DNA from: Bdellovibrionota bacterium
GTDB lineage: Bacteria; Bdellovibrionota_C; UBA2361; CALJRW01
Length of the DNA stretch: 64,000 nucleotides
Direction: 5' to 3'
NCBI GenBank assembly: GCA_041740355.1
Contig: JBGSMD010000038.1
Span: forward strand, 32,001-96,000
This document shows positions 36,917 to 46,972 of the stretch, one piece after another. The notes beneath the pieces were generated by a model. That model saw nothing but the letters and a program-made list of their open reading frames with translations, was not told the DNA's origin and did no database searches. Within the stretch, counting starts at the first letter, position 1. Every line of letters begins with the position of its first letter. The position numbers and the translations under genes were made by a program.

Positions 36917-37462
36917 ATGTCAATTAGTCGTCAAGAAAATACTCCCTGTAAAAAATCTAACGGTTTTACCTTAGTGGAGCTTTTAGTAACAATTGTAATT
37001 GTGGGGATCTTAGCTTCGATGGCAACCTCTGCATTTGATGAGTATAAACGTAGGGCTAATGATGCTGTCGCAATTTCTGCTTTGCGGAACATGATTACAA
37101 GTTTTAATGTTTATTTATCCGATGTTGGTTCAATGAAGAACGATCCAGATATTAACATTAATGCCTTTTATTCTTTTGGTATGGGAGTTAATGGAGTTGC
37201 AAATATTGCTCCAAACATACCAAATGCCCAAGCAAAGCTTTTACCAGGATATATTCATCCTAAGAATGTTGGAGTTTTCATGAATTTTACTACCGAATTC
37301 TATCTTGCGTATGCTTCTCATTGCAAAGGTAGCCTTGGTGCCGCAGGGTTTTACGGCGAAGGGAATACAGTACCTAGAAGCTTCTATCTTGGATCAAATA
37401 CACAGCTTTATTCCAATTTCAATGGGATGAACATGGCATTTGATGGTAGTAGTTGCCTTTAA
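36917..37462 (+). CDS. type IV pilin-like protein, tandem copy 1
   Basis: NG|FTLVELLVTIVIVGILA; LPGYIH; HCKGS. Confidence 0.88.
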   Translation: MSISRQENTPCKKSNGFTLVELLVTIVIVGILASMATSAFDEYKRRANDAVAISALRNMITSFNVYLSDVGSMKNDPDININAFYSFGMGVNGVANIAPNIPNAQAKLLPGYIHPKNVGVFMNFTTEFYLAYASHCKGSLGAAGFYGEGNTVPRSFYLGSNTQLYSNFNGMNMAFDGSSCL

Positions 37463-37479
37463 ACTCTTGATACTATTTA

Positions 37480-37611
37480 CCTGGATTATTTTTTTGTAAA
37501 GATAAATAACACGATTTATAACGACAAAATCCTAAAAAAAGACTTTTGTTGTTTCACTATTTCATCCACATTAGGCCTAGTAATTGATAACCAAAAAGGA
37601 TTTTTCTCTAA
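37480..37611 (-). pseudogene. decayed duplicate of the 3' end of the 38406-39908 gene
   Basis: Colinear with 38406-38542 (GATTATTTTTT.GTAAAGATAAA..TTTCATCCAC..GGATTTTTCTC). Confidence 0.75.
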
Positions 37612-37847
37612 CACCCCAAGAACAGCACTTAATTCCTTAGGAGCATGCCTTGAGTCTTGCACAACAGCAAGATTACCAATGAACTTAAATGACAATCGAA
37701 CAAATTATTTATCACAACGGCAAACAAAAAAGTTACCTAATTTAGCCTAAAATTAACGTACTAGTATTTACTGGCTAAAATGTATACAATTTACATAAGT
37801 AATACATGTTTACATAGTGACTTGTAAAATTTTTACAAACAATCTGA

Positions 37848-38387
37848 ATGTCCATTAGTCATCAACAAAATACTCCCTGTAAAAAATCCAATGGTTTTAC
37901 CTTAGTGGAGCTTTTAGTAACAATTGTGATTGTGGGGATCTTAGCTTCGATGGCAACCTCTGCATTTGATGAATATAAACGTAAGGCTAATGACTTAGTA
38001 GCCATCTCCGATCAGATCAACCTTATTTCAAGCTTTAATAACTATTTAGCTGATGTTGGTGCAATCTCAAACGATCCAGGCTTTACAACAGATTCAATGT
38101 CTATAATTTTCAATACTGACGGGGCCATGTCTATGAACCCAAGCATACCCAATGGCCAATCGAAAATATTACCAGGCTATATTCATTCTAAGAATGTTGA
38201 AACTGTTCTGGTGTTACTGAAACAAAACTCAGGCTTTGTTACAAATGCTACCCATTGCAATGGTAGCACAGGCAGAACGTCAGACTATGATAGTCCTCTA
38301 ACTAGGAGGTTCCATATGAGTTCTTCATTGCCCAATAGAATCTCAACATTTAGCGGTTTTCCAAGTGATGGAAGTGGTTGTCGTTAA
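37848..38387 (+). CDS. type IV pilin-like protein, tandem copy 2
   Basis: N-terminus nearly identical to copy 1, C-terminus diverged; LPGYIH; HCNGS. Confidence 0.88.
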   Translation: MSISHQQNTPCKKSNGFTLVELLVTIVIVGILASMATSAFDEYKRKANDLVAISDQINLISSFNNYLADVGAISNDPGFTTDSMSIIFNTDGAMSMNPSIPNGQSKILPGYIHSKNVETVLVLLKQNSGFVTNATHCNGSTGRTSDYDSPLTRRFHMSSSLPNRISTFSGFPSDGSGCR

Positions 38388-38405
38388 ATTTACTATCTGC
38401 TTTTG

Positions 38406-39908
38406 CTAGATTATTTTTTCGTAAAGATAAACAACACGGTTCCTAACAAGATAATTCTGAATAAAAAGATATTCCTGTTGTTTCACAATTTCATCCACCT
38501 TAACCCCCGTCAATTCATAACCAAAAAAGGATTTTTCTCCAATCTCTTGTTTTATTTGAGGAACGACCAAACAGCTTGGCTGAAAATGACTAATTGAGGT
38601 GGTAACTAAAGTAGCTAGATTGACTTCTTGGTTTGGAGCATATGCCACAGGAAGGTTAACAATCTCATTTTTGATTGGATAAGCCACGTAGTTTGATTGA
38701 AAGTATTTTTTAAATCTTTCATCCGCTAACAAATCAAATCGAACACTTTCAACGTAACCAGCTATGTTTAAAACCAAACATTTATTAAGTTGCGGATTTG
38801 AATTAATAAGGGTGGATATTTCTTGCCATGGTTTACTTGCGACTAAAATATCAAAGTTTTTTCTAAAATAGAAGGAGTTATAGAAAAGCATTACTAAGAC
38901 TACCAGCGTTAATAACTGCCTATTAAAAGATGCTAATATGCCAGCAAAGATTAGGAAATTTCCAAGAAATATCAGAATGGTGTACCTAGGTAAGAAAAAA
39001 CTGCCTTCAATCAATGCTGACATGAGAAACAATGATGTTACTAGAGTAATGATCAATCCAATCCCAATTTTGAAAATTTGATTATCATCTTCATCCTTAA
39101 AGTGCCTTGGAAATACTAAAAACCAAATACCTAAGAAGCTAAAAGTTAATAGCTCTGGGTAAAAGATTTTCTTGATCAGCTCAATTACAGTTGGAATACT
39201 AACTATTACTAAACTACTAGATTTATTAACTATCATTACTAGCTGTGGCCAGAACAAAAGGACACTACAGGCGGCAATAGTTAGGGGTATAAAAATCCGA
39301 AATGTGGTTTTTGGACGTTTTGATATGTAAAGCAGTAGAAAAATTTCAAATGCCCAGAACTGAATAGCTAAGTAATGTGCATAGACTAGCAGAATATTAG
39401 CAACAGTGAATTTTATCCAAAACTGCCTACAATCTTCAAAATTTAGGATTAAGTAAGTGAGGTATACCGCAAGAAAAAAAACTAATGAGTAAGGCCGTGC
39501 TTGTGTCGCAATCATCAAAAAATTTGCTGATGTAAACATGAAGCATAGTGCGATCGTTGCTATCAGCGGACTGCTTAGTTTATTTATTATCTTATAAAGA
39601 TAATAAGCAATTGCTAAGTTGAAAAGCATTGATGGCACTCTAAGTGCCATCTCCATCGGTAGAAAAGGACTGGAAAGATAATAGAAAAATTTAGTAATTA
39701 TGAAATGAAGTGGGCTGTGGTGTTGAACAGTATAAACTTGCGATATTAATTCCTTAAAATCTAGTCCAATTAAATAAAAGGTATTTGTCTCGTCCAAGAT
39801 CAAAGGTAGCAGGTAATAAGAATAGTTTATGAAAATTGCAATAAAAAAACATAGCACTACAAAGAAGTAGATCAGTTTCTGAAAATAGGAAGATTGGTTG
39901 GAAGTCAT
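38406..39908 (-). CDS. GT-C membrane glycosyltransferase (PMT-like)
   Basis: ILDE, HSPLHF, LRVPS, QARPYSL and HY motifs; multi-TM. Confidence 0.82.
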   Translation of the reverse strand: MTSNQSSYFQKLIYFFVVLCFFIAIFINYSYYLLPLILDETNTFYLIGLDFKELISQVYTVQHHSPLHFIITKFFYYLSSPFLPMEMALRVPSMLFNLAIAYYLYKIINKLSSPLIATIALCFMFTSANFLMIATQARPYSLVFFLAVYLTYLILNFEDCRQFWIKFTVANILLVYAHYLAIQFWAFEIFLLLYISKRPKTTFRIFIPLTIAACSVLLFWPQLVMIVNKSSSLVIVSIPTVIELIKKIFYPELLTFSFLGIWFLVFPRHFKDEDDNQIFKIGIGLIITLVTSLFLMSALIEGSFFLPRYTILIFLGNFLIFAGILASFNRQLLTLVVLVMLFYNSFYFRKNFDILVASKPWQEISTLINSNPQLNKCLVLNIAGYVESVRFDLLADERFKKYFQSNYVAYPIKNEIVNLPVAYAPNQEVNLATLVTTSISHFQPSCLVVPQIKQEIGEKSFFGYELTGVKVDEIVKQQEYLFIQNYLVRNRVVYLYEKII

Positions 39909-40156
39909 TTGCGAGAGTTAGAACTATTTAGCTGTTTAAAGTGGCATCTGTATTATAATACCATATATCATAAATACATGATTTGAAAAATAAAAAACTA
40001 AGCTCACTGAAAAGCATTTTAGTATTACCCAAGTCAGACCTCCTGCTCAATAATTTCAGCTAGAATTACGACAACAATACTCACAATATTTAACTAAAAG
40101 GCACCCGAGAATATCAGTAAAAATCATATGCGAACAAAGGACATCCCGTCACTAGA

Positions 40157-41680
40157 CTATTGTTCATATTCTAATAATTTCGCTGGATGATCGATTATTA
40201 GTAGCCATTTTTGCCGGGTTGGGTAGTAATTAATTAGTAATTGATTTTCTAACGGGTTTAAAAACCGAGCAATGACAATCTTTTGTTGATCAATATTTGC
40301 TGAGTTATATACCACTTCATGTCCTAATTCATGATTTTGATACTTAACAAACACCAAATGTTGTCTTTGATCATCAATCAATGGCTGAAAAACTTCTTTT
40401 TTTGATGAAAAAATAGAACTCTGAAGATATTCATGTGTTGTTGAAACCGTATTCACTAGCTCGGTAGTGAGAATAATAAAATAGCCTGTAATAATTAGTA
40501 TTTTCCAGCGCTGTGCTAATCTGCAACAAAGAATATTTTCAATTAAAATTGCTAGTCCTAAAAAGAGAATCACAGCATAGGGCGCAGAGTAATGACTATT
40601 GTCAAAGGCTATGGGAAGAAATCCTATAGCTATAATCATGACAAGCATGCCGATTGTGAAGTTTGCTAAGGGATGGCTGATTCTCTGATAAAAAATAAAT
40701 AAAAATAAGAGAAGAATTCCGATACTTAGATAGCTTCTAAAATGCCTGCCAATTTTTTTAAAAACGAAATTACTATAACTCAGAAGTGACTCCTTACGTG
40801 ACACTGCTTGCTGGGCCTCTTCTAGATAGAACTCTTTCATCTCGGGATATGCAAAGGAATTTGGATAATTATTATTTGAAAATACGAAAGGCTGCGCGAT
40901 AGAGTATTTATCTTGATATCTGCTATAGGCAGAGGTAGTAGCAGAACCCGTAGTATGATAATTATACCACCCCCAAAAGATAATTGCTGTAAATGCAGTT
41001 AACATAAACAATAATATTATTGTTTTTTTAGTAAGCTCTGTGCTGACTAGTCTGCTTAGGCAAAAAAGCATACCAAAAAGCAACACTAGCCCTTCAAATG
41101 GCCTGCCTGATAGGAGCATCAATCCACCAACGACAAACAAAAGACAATATAAAAAATGATATTTTTTACGATAATTTAATACGGTATTTAAAGTTAATAG
41201 CGCACCAACAAAACTTCCTAAACCTCCCCAGTAGGTTAGTACCCAGCTAGCGATGATATGCGGATGAAGTGCCACTAGAAGACTTAGAATTGTGGTAGTT
41301 GTAATCGAAAAATTATTTCTGAGCACATGATAAGTGAGTATGATGGCAAGCAGGTGCAGCACTATCACACCTAATAGTGGATGCAGGTTTAGTGCTAAGG
41401 GAATTGCATACACAAAACCAAGCAGAGGGGGGAATCTTCCAGTATAACAAGGCAGATGTTGTATCTGAAAAGACTCAAAAAATTGATAGTGCGGGTGAGT
41501 TGGGTTACATAGTCTACCATTTGAGATGGTGTCACCTATTAATAGATAAGCAAACTCATCGAAAAAAACAGGAAAAGGATTCACCCAATAGAGTAAGCCT
41601 AGGTCTAGGCACAAGGCTATCAAAACTAATAGAGTAAGAATAAATAATGGTTTTTGAGTTAATACTCTCGTAACATTCAT
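40157..41680 (-). CDS. GT-C-like multi-TM membrane protein
   Basis: FDEFAYLL..DT...GRL.NP, YWGG, RPFEG and HYSAP motifs. Confidence 0.75.
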   Translation of the reverse strand: MNVTRVLTQKPLFILTLLVLIALCLDLGLLYWVNPFPVFFDEFAYLLIGDTISNGRLCNPTHPHYQFFESFQIQHLPCYTGRFPPLLGFVYAIPLALNLHPLLGVIVLHLLAIILTYHVLRNNFSITTTTILSLLVALHPHIIASWVLTYWGGLGSFVGALLTLNTVLNYRKKYHFLYCLLFVVGGLMLLSGRPFEGLVLLFGMLFCLSRLVSTELTKKTIILLFMLTAFTAIIFWGWYNYHTTGSATTSAYSRYQDKYSIAQPFVFSNNNYPNSFAYPEMKEFYLEEAQQAVSRKESLLSYSNFVFKKIGRHFRSYLSIGILLLFLFIFYQRISHPLANFTIGMLVMIIAIGFLPIAFDNSHYSAPYAVILFLGLAILIENILCCRLAQRWKILIITGYFIILTTELVNTVSTTHEYLQSSIFSSKKEVFQPLIDDQRQHLVFVKYQNHELGHEVVYNSANIDQQKIVIARFLNPLENQLLINYYPTRQKWLLIIDHPAKLLEYEQ

Positions 41681-41810
41681 TAGTTTTGCATAGTCCCGTA
41701 ATCAGCAATATTAGCTTACTGGCTCTTTAACTCTTTGGATACCTGCTCATTCCTTTTATTTTAAACCTAATTGTTTGATATTTCCCCAGTAATTAGAGAC
41801 CTGAGCCCCC

Positions 41811-43234
41811 ATGAAAATATCACTACACAAATCTTCTCAATTCATAATTATTAACTTAACTTGCTAAATATTACTACTAAGCTCTTGTTAAAAGGAACCC
41901 AGGGAAAATATTAAGAAGATCGAGAATCTTAATGTGCTCCTAATTATTCTCTATACTTTAGCCCCTGATCAAACTAGCATTTATAATTCAGAACTCGACA
42001 CTACTCCTCACTTAAAGGCCTTAGCAGATAAATCTTTAGTATTTAATTCTGCCTACAGTACCTCCTCTTGGACAAAACATTCAATCTTTTCAGCTTTTAC
42101 TGCACTTTATCCATCTCAACATAAAGCCGATAAACTCTATGTTCCACGAGATCGCAGCTTTGAGACTTTAGCCGAACGAATAAAGGGCGTGGTTATAAGA
42201 CGGCCGGTTATATGAGTCATACAATGCTCTCAAAGGATAACGGCTTAGATCAAGGCTTTGATGATTACGCCTTAACAAGTGGGCACAAGAATCCCCATGT
42301 TTCAATTTCTAGTAACAAAGTTACCGACCTAGCTTAAAAATGGTTCAACAAAAACGATGATTTTTTCAGATAACAACAAAAATCGGGATAAGTTTTTCAT
42401 GACTCTTCATTATTTCAATCCCCACTATACCTACATGCACCATCCACAGTTTGACTATAGTAGTTGGTATAAAGGTAAAATTGATCCTAATGAAAAATTT
42501 AGAAAGTTAAAAGCAAACTCAGGTAAATATTCCGAAGATGATATTAATTTCTTAGTAGGACTTTACCGCGAAGAAATTAAATTTACCGATTCTCACATTG
42601 GTAGACTATTAGAAGAACTAAATAAGCGAGGCTTAGACCAAAACACTTTAATCATCTTTATGGCCGATCACGGTGAAGAGTTTTTAGAACACGGAAGTAT
42701 GGGACATTCACATACTTTATATAATGAATTAACACATGTGCCGCTGATCTTCTCCATGACTGGGCTAGTTCCTGCTCAGAGACTTGAACAACCTGCTGTA
42801 TCTACTATAGATATTATGCCAACAATTGAAGGCCTGTTCCAAGAACCAAAACCTCAAAGTTACTGAAAAGGTAGAGATTTAAGTCAGACTGTAAGAGGAG
42901 ACAACCCTCGGAAGATCTTCCAGCTTTGTCAGGGTTATCATATGAATCATTGCGTTTACCACCAGCCTACAAAGTTTCTGTTGTTAAAGGAAAGGGGAAA
43001 TTAATCTTTGATAAAATCTCTAAAGAGCATGAGCTCTATGATTTAAAAACTGATCCTAGTGAGAAAAATAATTTGGCAAAAGCGCAACCTGAGCTTGTAA
43101 GTGAATTAGATACTTTAATTCAAAACTTTATTGAAATTGTTGCACTACCAGTTGATAAATCACTTACTCTGGCAAAAGCAACTAAAAGATTGCAAGAGGA
43201 AATTCAAAAACTAAAGAGTTTGGGGTATTTCTAA
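41811..43234 (+). pseudogene. sulfatase-like (alkaline phosphatase superfamily) hydrolase/transferase, disrupted
   Basis: SSWTKHS, LHYFNPH, ADHGEEF.EHG..GH, HVPLI, ELYDL..DP.E..NL and C-terminal LKSLGYF; several in-frame stops and frameshifts. Confidence 0.8.
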
Positions 43235-43292
43235 ATTTATCAAGCACAACAAATAGGATAATTCAAGATACAAGTCTGATTTAACTATTAGT

Positions 43293-45569
43293 CTAGTAAA
43301 CAAGCCAGATCATTAATACTAAAGAAATTAAGAGTAGTAGCGTCAACCAGCTTCCAACACGGAAATAATCTTTTGTTTGATAACCGCCCACCCCCATCAC
43401 CATTAAATTAGCACGATGACTAAATGGTGTGAGGAAGGCAAAGGAAGATGCCATCGTCACTGCCATTAACAATCCATTTGGATTAATATCCATCTGCTGC
43501 CCTAAGCTAATTGCCAATTGTCCTACGAGTACAACAGCAACAACTGAATCTAAGCTTTGGCTGATAAAACTAGCAATTAAAGCTAAAACCAAAATCACAA
43601 CAACTGGGCTACTGTGTCCCATTTGTTGAATTAGCAACTCAGATAAATACCCCGAGGTTCCCGAAGTATTAAAAGCAATACCAATTGGAATCATTGAGGC
43701 GGTAACAAAAATAACTGGCCAGTTAACTTCGCGATATGCCTCGGACATCTTTAATGTCCCTGTAATCAGAATTAATAATACCGCACTAAAGGCAGCAACA
43801 CTTAAGGACGTAATATTTAAAGCAGCCAATAACACCATTAGTGCTAAAGCTAACAGTGCATAAATTGCTTTGGAGCTCCGCTCTGATTCCGGCAAGTTGT
43901 ACAGTAAGAGAAAATCTGGATCGTCATCCATCATGGCAATTTGTTTTTGATCGCCTTGAACTAATAAGGCATCACCAGCTTGTAAAATAGTTTTTGCTAG
44001 ATTACCACGTCGCACCGAGCCTTCGCGCCAAAGTGCCAAAACTTGAACTCGATATTTGGCACGAAAATTTATCTTAGCTAAACTTTTACCAATAAGTCCC
44101 GAGCGTGGAGAAACTACAACTTCCGTCACAACATAATCAGCGGATTCAATTTCTATTTGTCCAGGTTCTTTTACTAAATCAAGTCCTGAAAAGGTATTAA
44201 CTCGTTCGCACCTTAAACTATTTCCAAGGCAGACCAACTCATCCCCTGCTTCTAAAAGTAAATCCTTATCAACAATTCGCATTCGACCAGCACGAATAAT
44301 TCCTAGAATTTTAAAACCTAAGCTTCGGACAGTTAAAAGTTGACTCAGATTGTTTCCGATCAAAGCAGAGGTAGAAGAAATTTGTAATTTAAAAAGGTCG
44401 GAATCATGGACTTTTTCCCATAAAGCATCCTCAGTTTTTGAATCAATGGACTGTTGATAAATAGTAATTAGGGCAAACTCTTCCTTCTGAGTCTTTAAAT
44501 GACGAAAAGCTCTAACCCTAATTCCTTTTGATCCAAATAATATTTTTGCTCGTGGAGATGTTGGCAATATTTGCCCTGTATCTAACTCAGCATGATATGT
44601 TTGATAGTCAGAATAATTTTTTATCTGATAACCTAAACCTCGGACTTGCTCCACGGATACGCCCCGGGAAATCTTACAGTTATTAAAGCGTAAGCGTTCG
44701 CTAATGGCGCGAAAAGATCCCAAAACAATTAAACGATCTCCTGCTTGGATTAGCTGATCGGGGTCAGGGAAAATTTTACGATTATCAATATTATATATAG
44801 CTATGACTCGTAGAGCTAGTAGCTCGCCAATTTTTGCTTGCTTTAAAGTTTTCCCAATCAGCCCGGACTTATTACTAACGTGTAGAGTGAACTGTTCCTC
44901 GTTTAAATGGTAAGTACTCTTTAGATCAAGATTTAACTCTCGTCGCTTAACTGTCGTTCTTCTTGGCAACAATCGATATCCAAAACGACCCATAAAGATA
45001 AAGCCAACAAGCGCAAATACTAAGGCATACGGTGTAAACTCAAAGAAACTAAATTCAGGTAAGCCATGTTGCTTTTGTAATTCAACGGCGACAATATTTC
45101 CTGAGGTTCCAATTAAGGTAAAAAGTCCCCCAATAATTACGGCAAAGACAAAAGGAATTAAAACGCGTGACTCAGGAATTCGATTTATGGAACAAATTTT
45201 CAGAACTGCTGGTAATAACATAGCAACAGTTGCCACGTTTGGCATTATTGAGGAGACTAAAACACTAGCACTCATAATTACAAAAAGATTTTTCCTCACT
45301 CCCTTTCCACCAATTTTTGCTAGGCGTACGGCTAATTGATTAGCAAGTCCAGTTTTCTTAAGTGCAGCTGCTAAAAAGAAAGTCATTACTAAAACAATTA
45401 TTGCAGTTGAAGAAAATCCTGAAAAAAGATCTTTCTCAGGGACTAATCCAAAGCAATACATTGCAAATAAAATTGTGAGCGCAGTAATTTCGTAAGGAAT
45501 ACGACCAACAAGAAAGGTCAGCACCATGATTGACATTAAGATGATAAAAATTAGAATGTCAGAAGTCAC
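43293..45569 (-). CDS. SLC13/CitT-family permease with TrkA-C domains
   Basis: TLIGTSGN and FAFLTPFSHRAN..GGY...DY motifs; repeated S.LIGK TrkA-C domains. Confidence 0.88.
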   Translation of the reverse strand: MTSDILIFIILMSIMVLTFLVGRIPYEITALTILFAMYCFGLVPEKDLFSGFSSTAIIVLVMTFFLAAALKKTGLANQLAVRLAKIGGKGVRKNLFVIMSASVLVSSIMPNVATVAMLLPAVLKICSINRIPESRVLIPFVFAVIIGGLFTLIGTSGNIVAVELQKQHGLPEFSFFEFTPYALVFALVGFIFMGRFGYRLLPRRTTVKRRELNLDLKSTYHLNEEQFTLHVSNKSGLIGKTLKQAKIGELLALRVIAIYNIDNRKIFPDPDQLIQAGDRLIVLGSFRAISERLRFNNCKISRGVSVEQVRGLGYQIKNYSDYQTYHAELDTGQILPTSPRAKILFGSKGIRVRAFRHLKTQKEEFALITIYQQSIDSKTEDALWEKVHDSDLFKLQISSTSALIGNNLSQLLTVRSLGFKILGIIRAGRMRIVDKDLLLEAGDELVCLGNSLRCERVNTFSGLDLVKEPGQIEIESADYVVTEVVVSPRSGLIGKSLAKINFRAKYRVQVLALWREGSVRRGNLAKTILQAGDALLVQGDQKQIAMMDDDPDFLLLYNLPESERSSKAIYALLALALMVLLAALNITSLSVAAFSAVLLILITGTLKMSEAYREVNWPVIFVTASMIPIGIAFNTSGTSGYLSELLIQQMGHSSPVVVILVLALIASFISQSLDSVVAVVLVGQLAISLGQQMDINPNGLLMAVTMASSFAFLTPFSHRANLMVMGVGGYQTKDYFRVGSWLTLLLLISLVLMIWLVY

Positions 45570-45791
45570 AGATATACTTATAGAAAAGTGCTCAGCAAGT
45601 ATGACCTGAATCTAGTTGGTCGACAATCACAGAACTTAGGGTAATTGTAGATAGATTAACTTAGCTCGTGAATTTATTCTAAATGTTTACATTCGAAATT
45701 AAGATGTCGTTGAAATTTAAAACGTTAGGTTAGATTAGAAGATTATTCCTAATTTCAAGCTTGATTAGTATAAAAATTACAATCTTAACAG

Positions 45792-46736
45792 CTATAGTAA
45801 GCGATCAACCTCTTGGCAATAAAACTTGGGATCTAAAGCCGTTCCCCCACCACGCTCATTGGATCCAGCATTCCACCTTCCACCAAACCCTGGGTCAATC
45901 AAACCCTTGATATTTAACTTTTGAAGATTTAAACCAAGGGGTGCCGCTTTTCCTAACCTTAAACGCACCTCCCATTTTTCGTCAGTTCTCAGATGATATG
46001 ACATAACAACTTGGGCGTCTGGATAAAGCCCTGGAAATAATTCGGCATCGACACGACCATCTGTTTTAACTAAAACCATTTTCCCAATTCTTTCTATTGG
46101 TAATTGCGCCAGCGAAGCACGAGTTGCCAAACGAATATCTAGAAGTTCTTGAGCCCTAGGCTCAATAGCTTGCCCTTGTAGGTAAAGTGCTAGGTTACGG
46201 GCGGAAAATTCCAAATCCTTCTGATCTTTAAAAGACTGCAATAGATCGGCAATCGGATTATCCTCTCCTGTATGATCGGCCGCGATTACGGCATCTCCAA
46301 AAACTTCGAATGGGGGAATCAGTCCCCGCATAATCAAAGCAGACAATACACTATCGCAGTCATAATGATTAACTACAATGGGAACTCCACGGTCTATTGG
46401 TCCATTTAATTTTACATATTCAATAGCAAGATTCGCACTAGAAACCGGACGGAACATTGACTCAAGGTTGGCATGATGATCAATATTCAATAGATCATTT
46501 CTTTGATAAGCTATAGATCCTCGGATTGGTTGACCCGTTTCAATTTCTTCAATTTTAAAATCACAGACAACAACAGATCCTGACTCACAACCTTTGAGTG
46601 CGCGAATCTCAGATTCAAAAACCTTACTACTAAGTGGCATGACAATAAGATTCTCCTTGCCCAAGAACAGATCTCGATCTGCTACAACTATAGCTAAGCG
46701 TCTTCCAGCTTGAATTAAATTATCCATTTGAATCAT
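45792..46736 (-). CDS. hypothetical protein with DHH-like metal-binding motifs
   Basis: NIDHH, NHYDCDS, AADHTG and FGGR motifs. Confidence 0.7.
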   Translation of the reverse strand: MIQMDNLIQAGRRLAIVVADRDLFLGKENLIVMPLSSKVFESEIRALKGCESGSVVVCDFKIEEIETGQPIRGSIAYQRNDLLNIDHHANLESMFRPVSSANLAIEYVKLNGPIDRGVPIVVNHYDCDSVLSALIMRGLIPPFEVFGDAVIAADHTGEDNPIADLLQSFKDQKDLEFSARNLALYLQGQAIEPRAQELLDIRLATRASLAQLPIERIGKMVLVKTDGRVDAELFPGLYPDAQVVMSYHLRTDEKWEVRLRLGKAAPLGLNLQKLNIKGLIDPGFGGRWNAGSNERGGGTALDPKFYCQEVDRLL

Positions 46737-46972
46737 TACTAAAAACTATCATAATTTAATTCCCTAGTCTTGCCTCAACTATTCTGTATTTAATGCCTTA
46801 TTTCCATCGTAAATGGCTTAGAGTCTCGACTCCAACATGGAAATAGATCAGGTAGCCTTCATTCTAAACCTACATTAATAAAAATTCCGTTACTATCTTA
46901 ATTAGGGACCAAGTTACACTTAGTGGATTTTAATATATAGGCAGCCATCTGGATCCTAGCTATTATGTTGTA

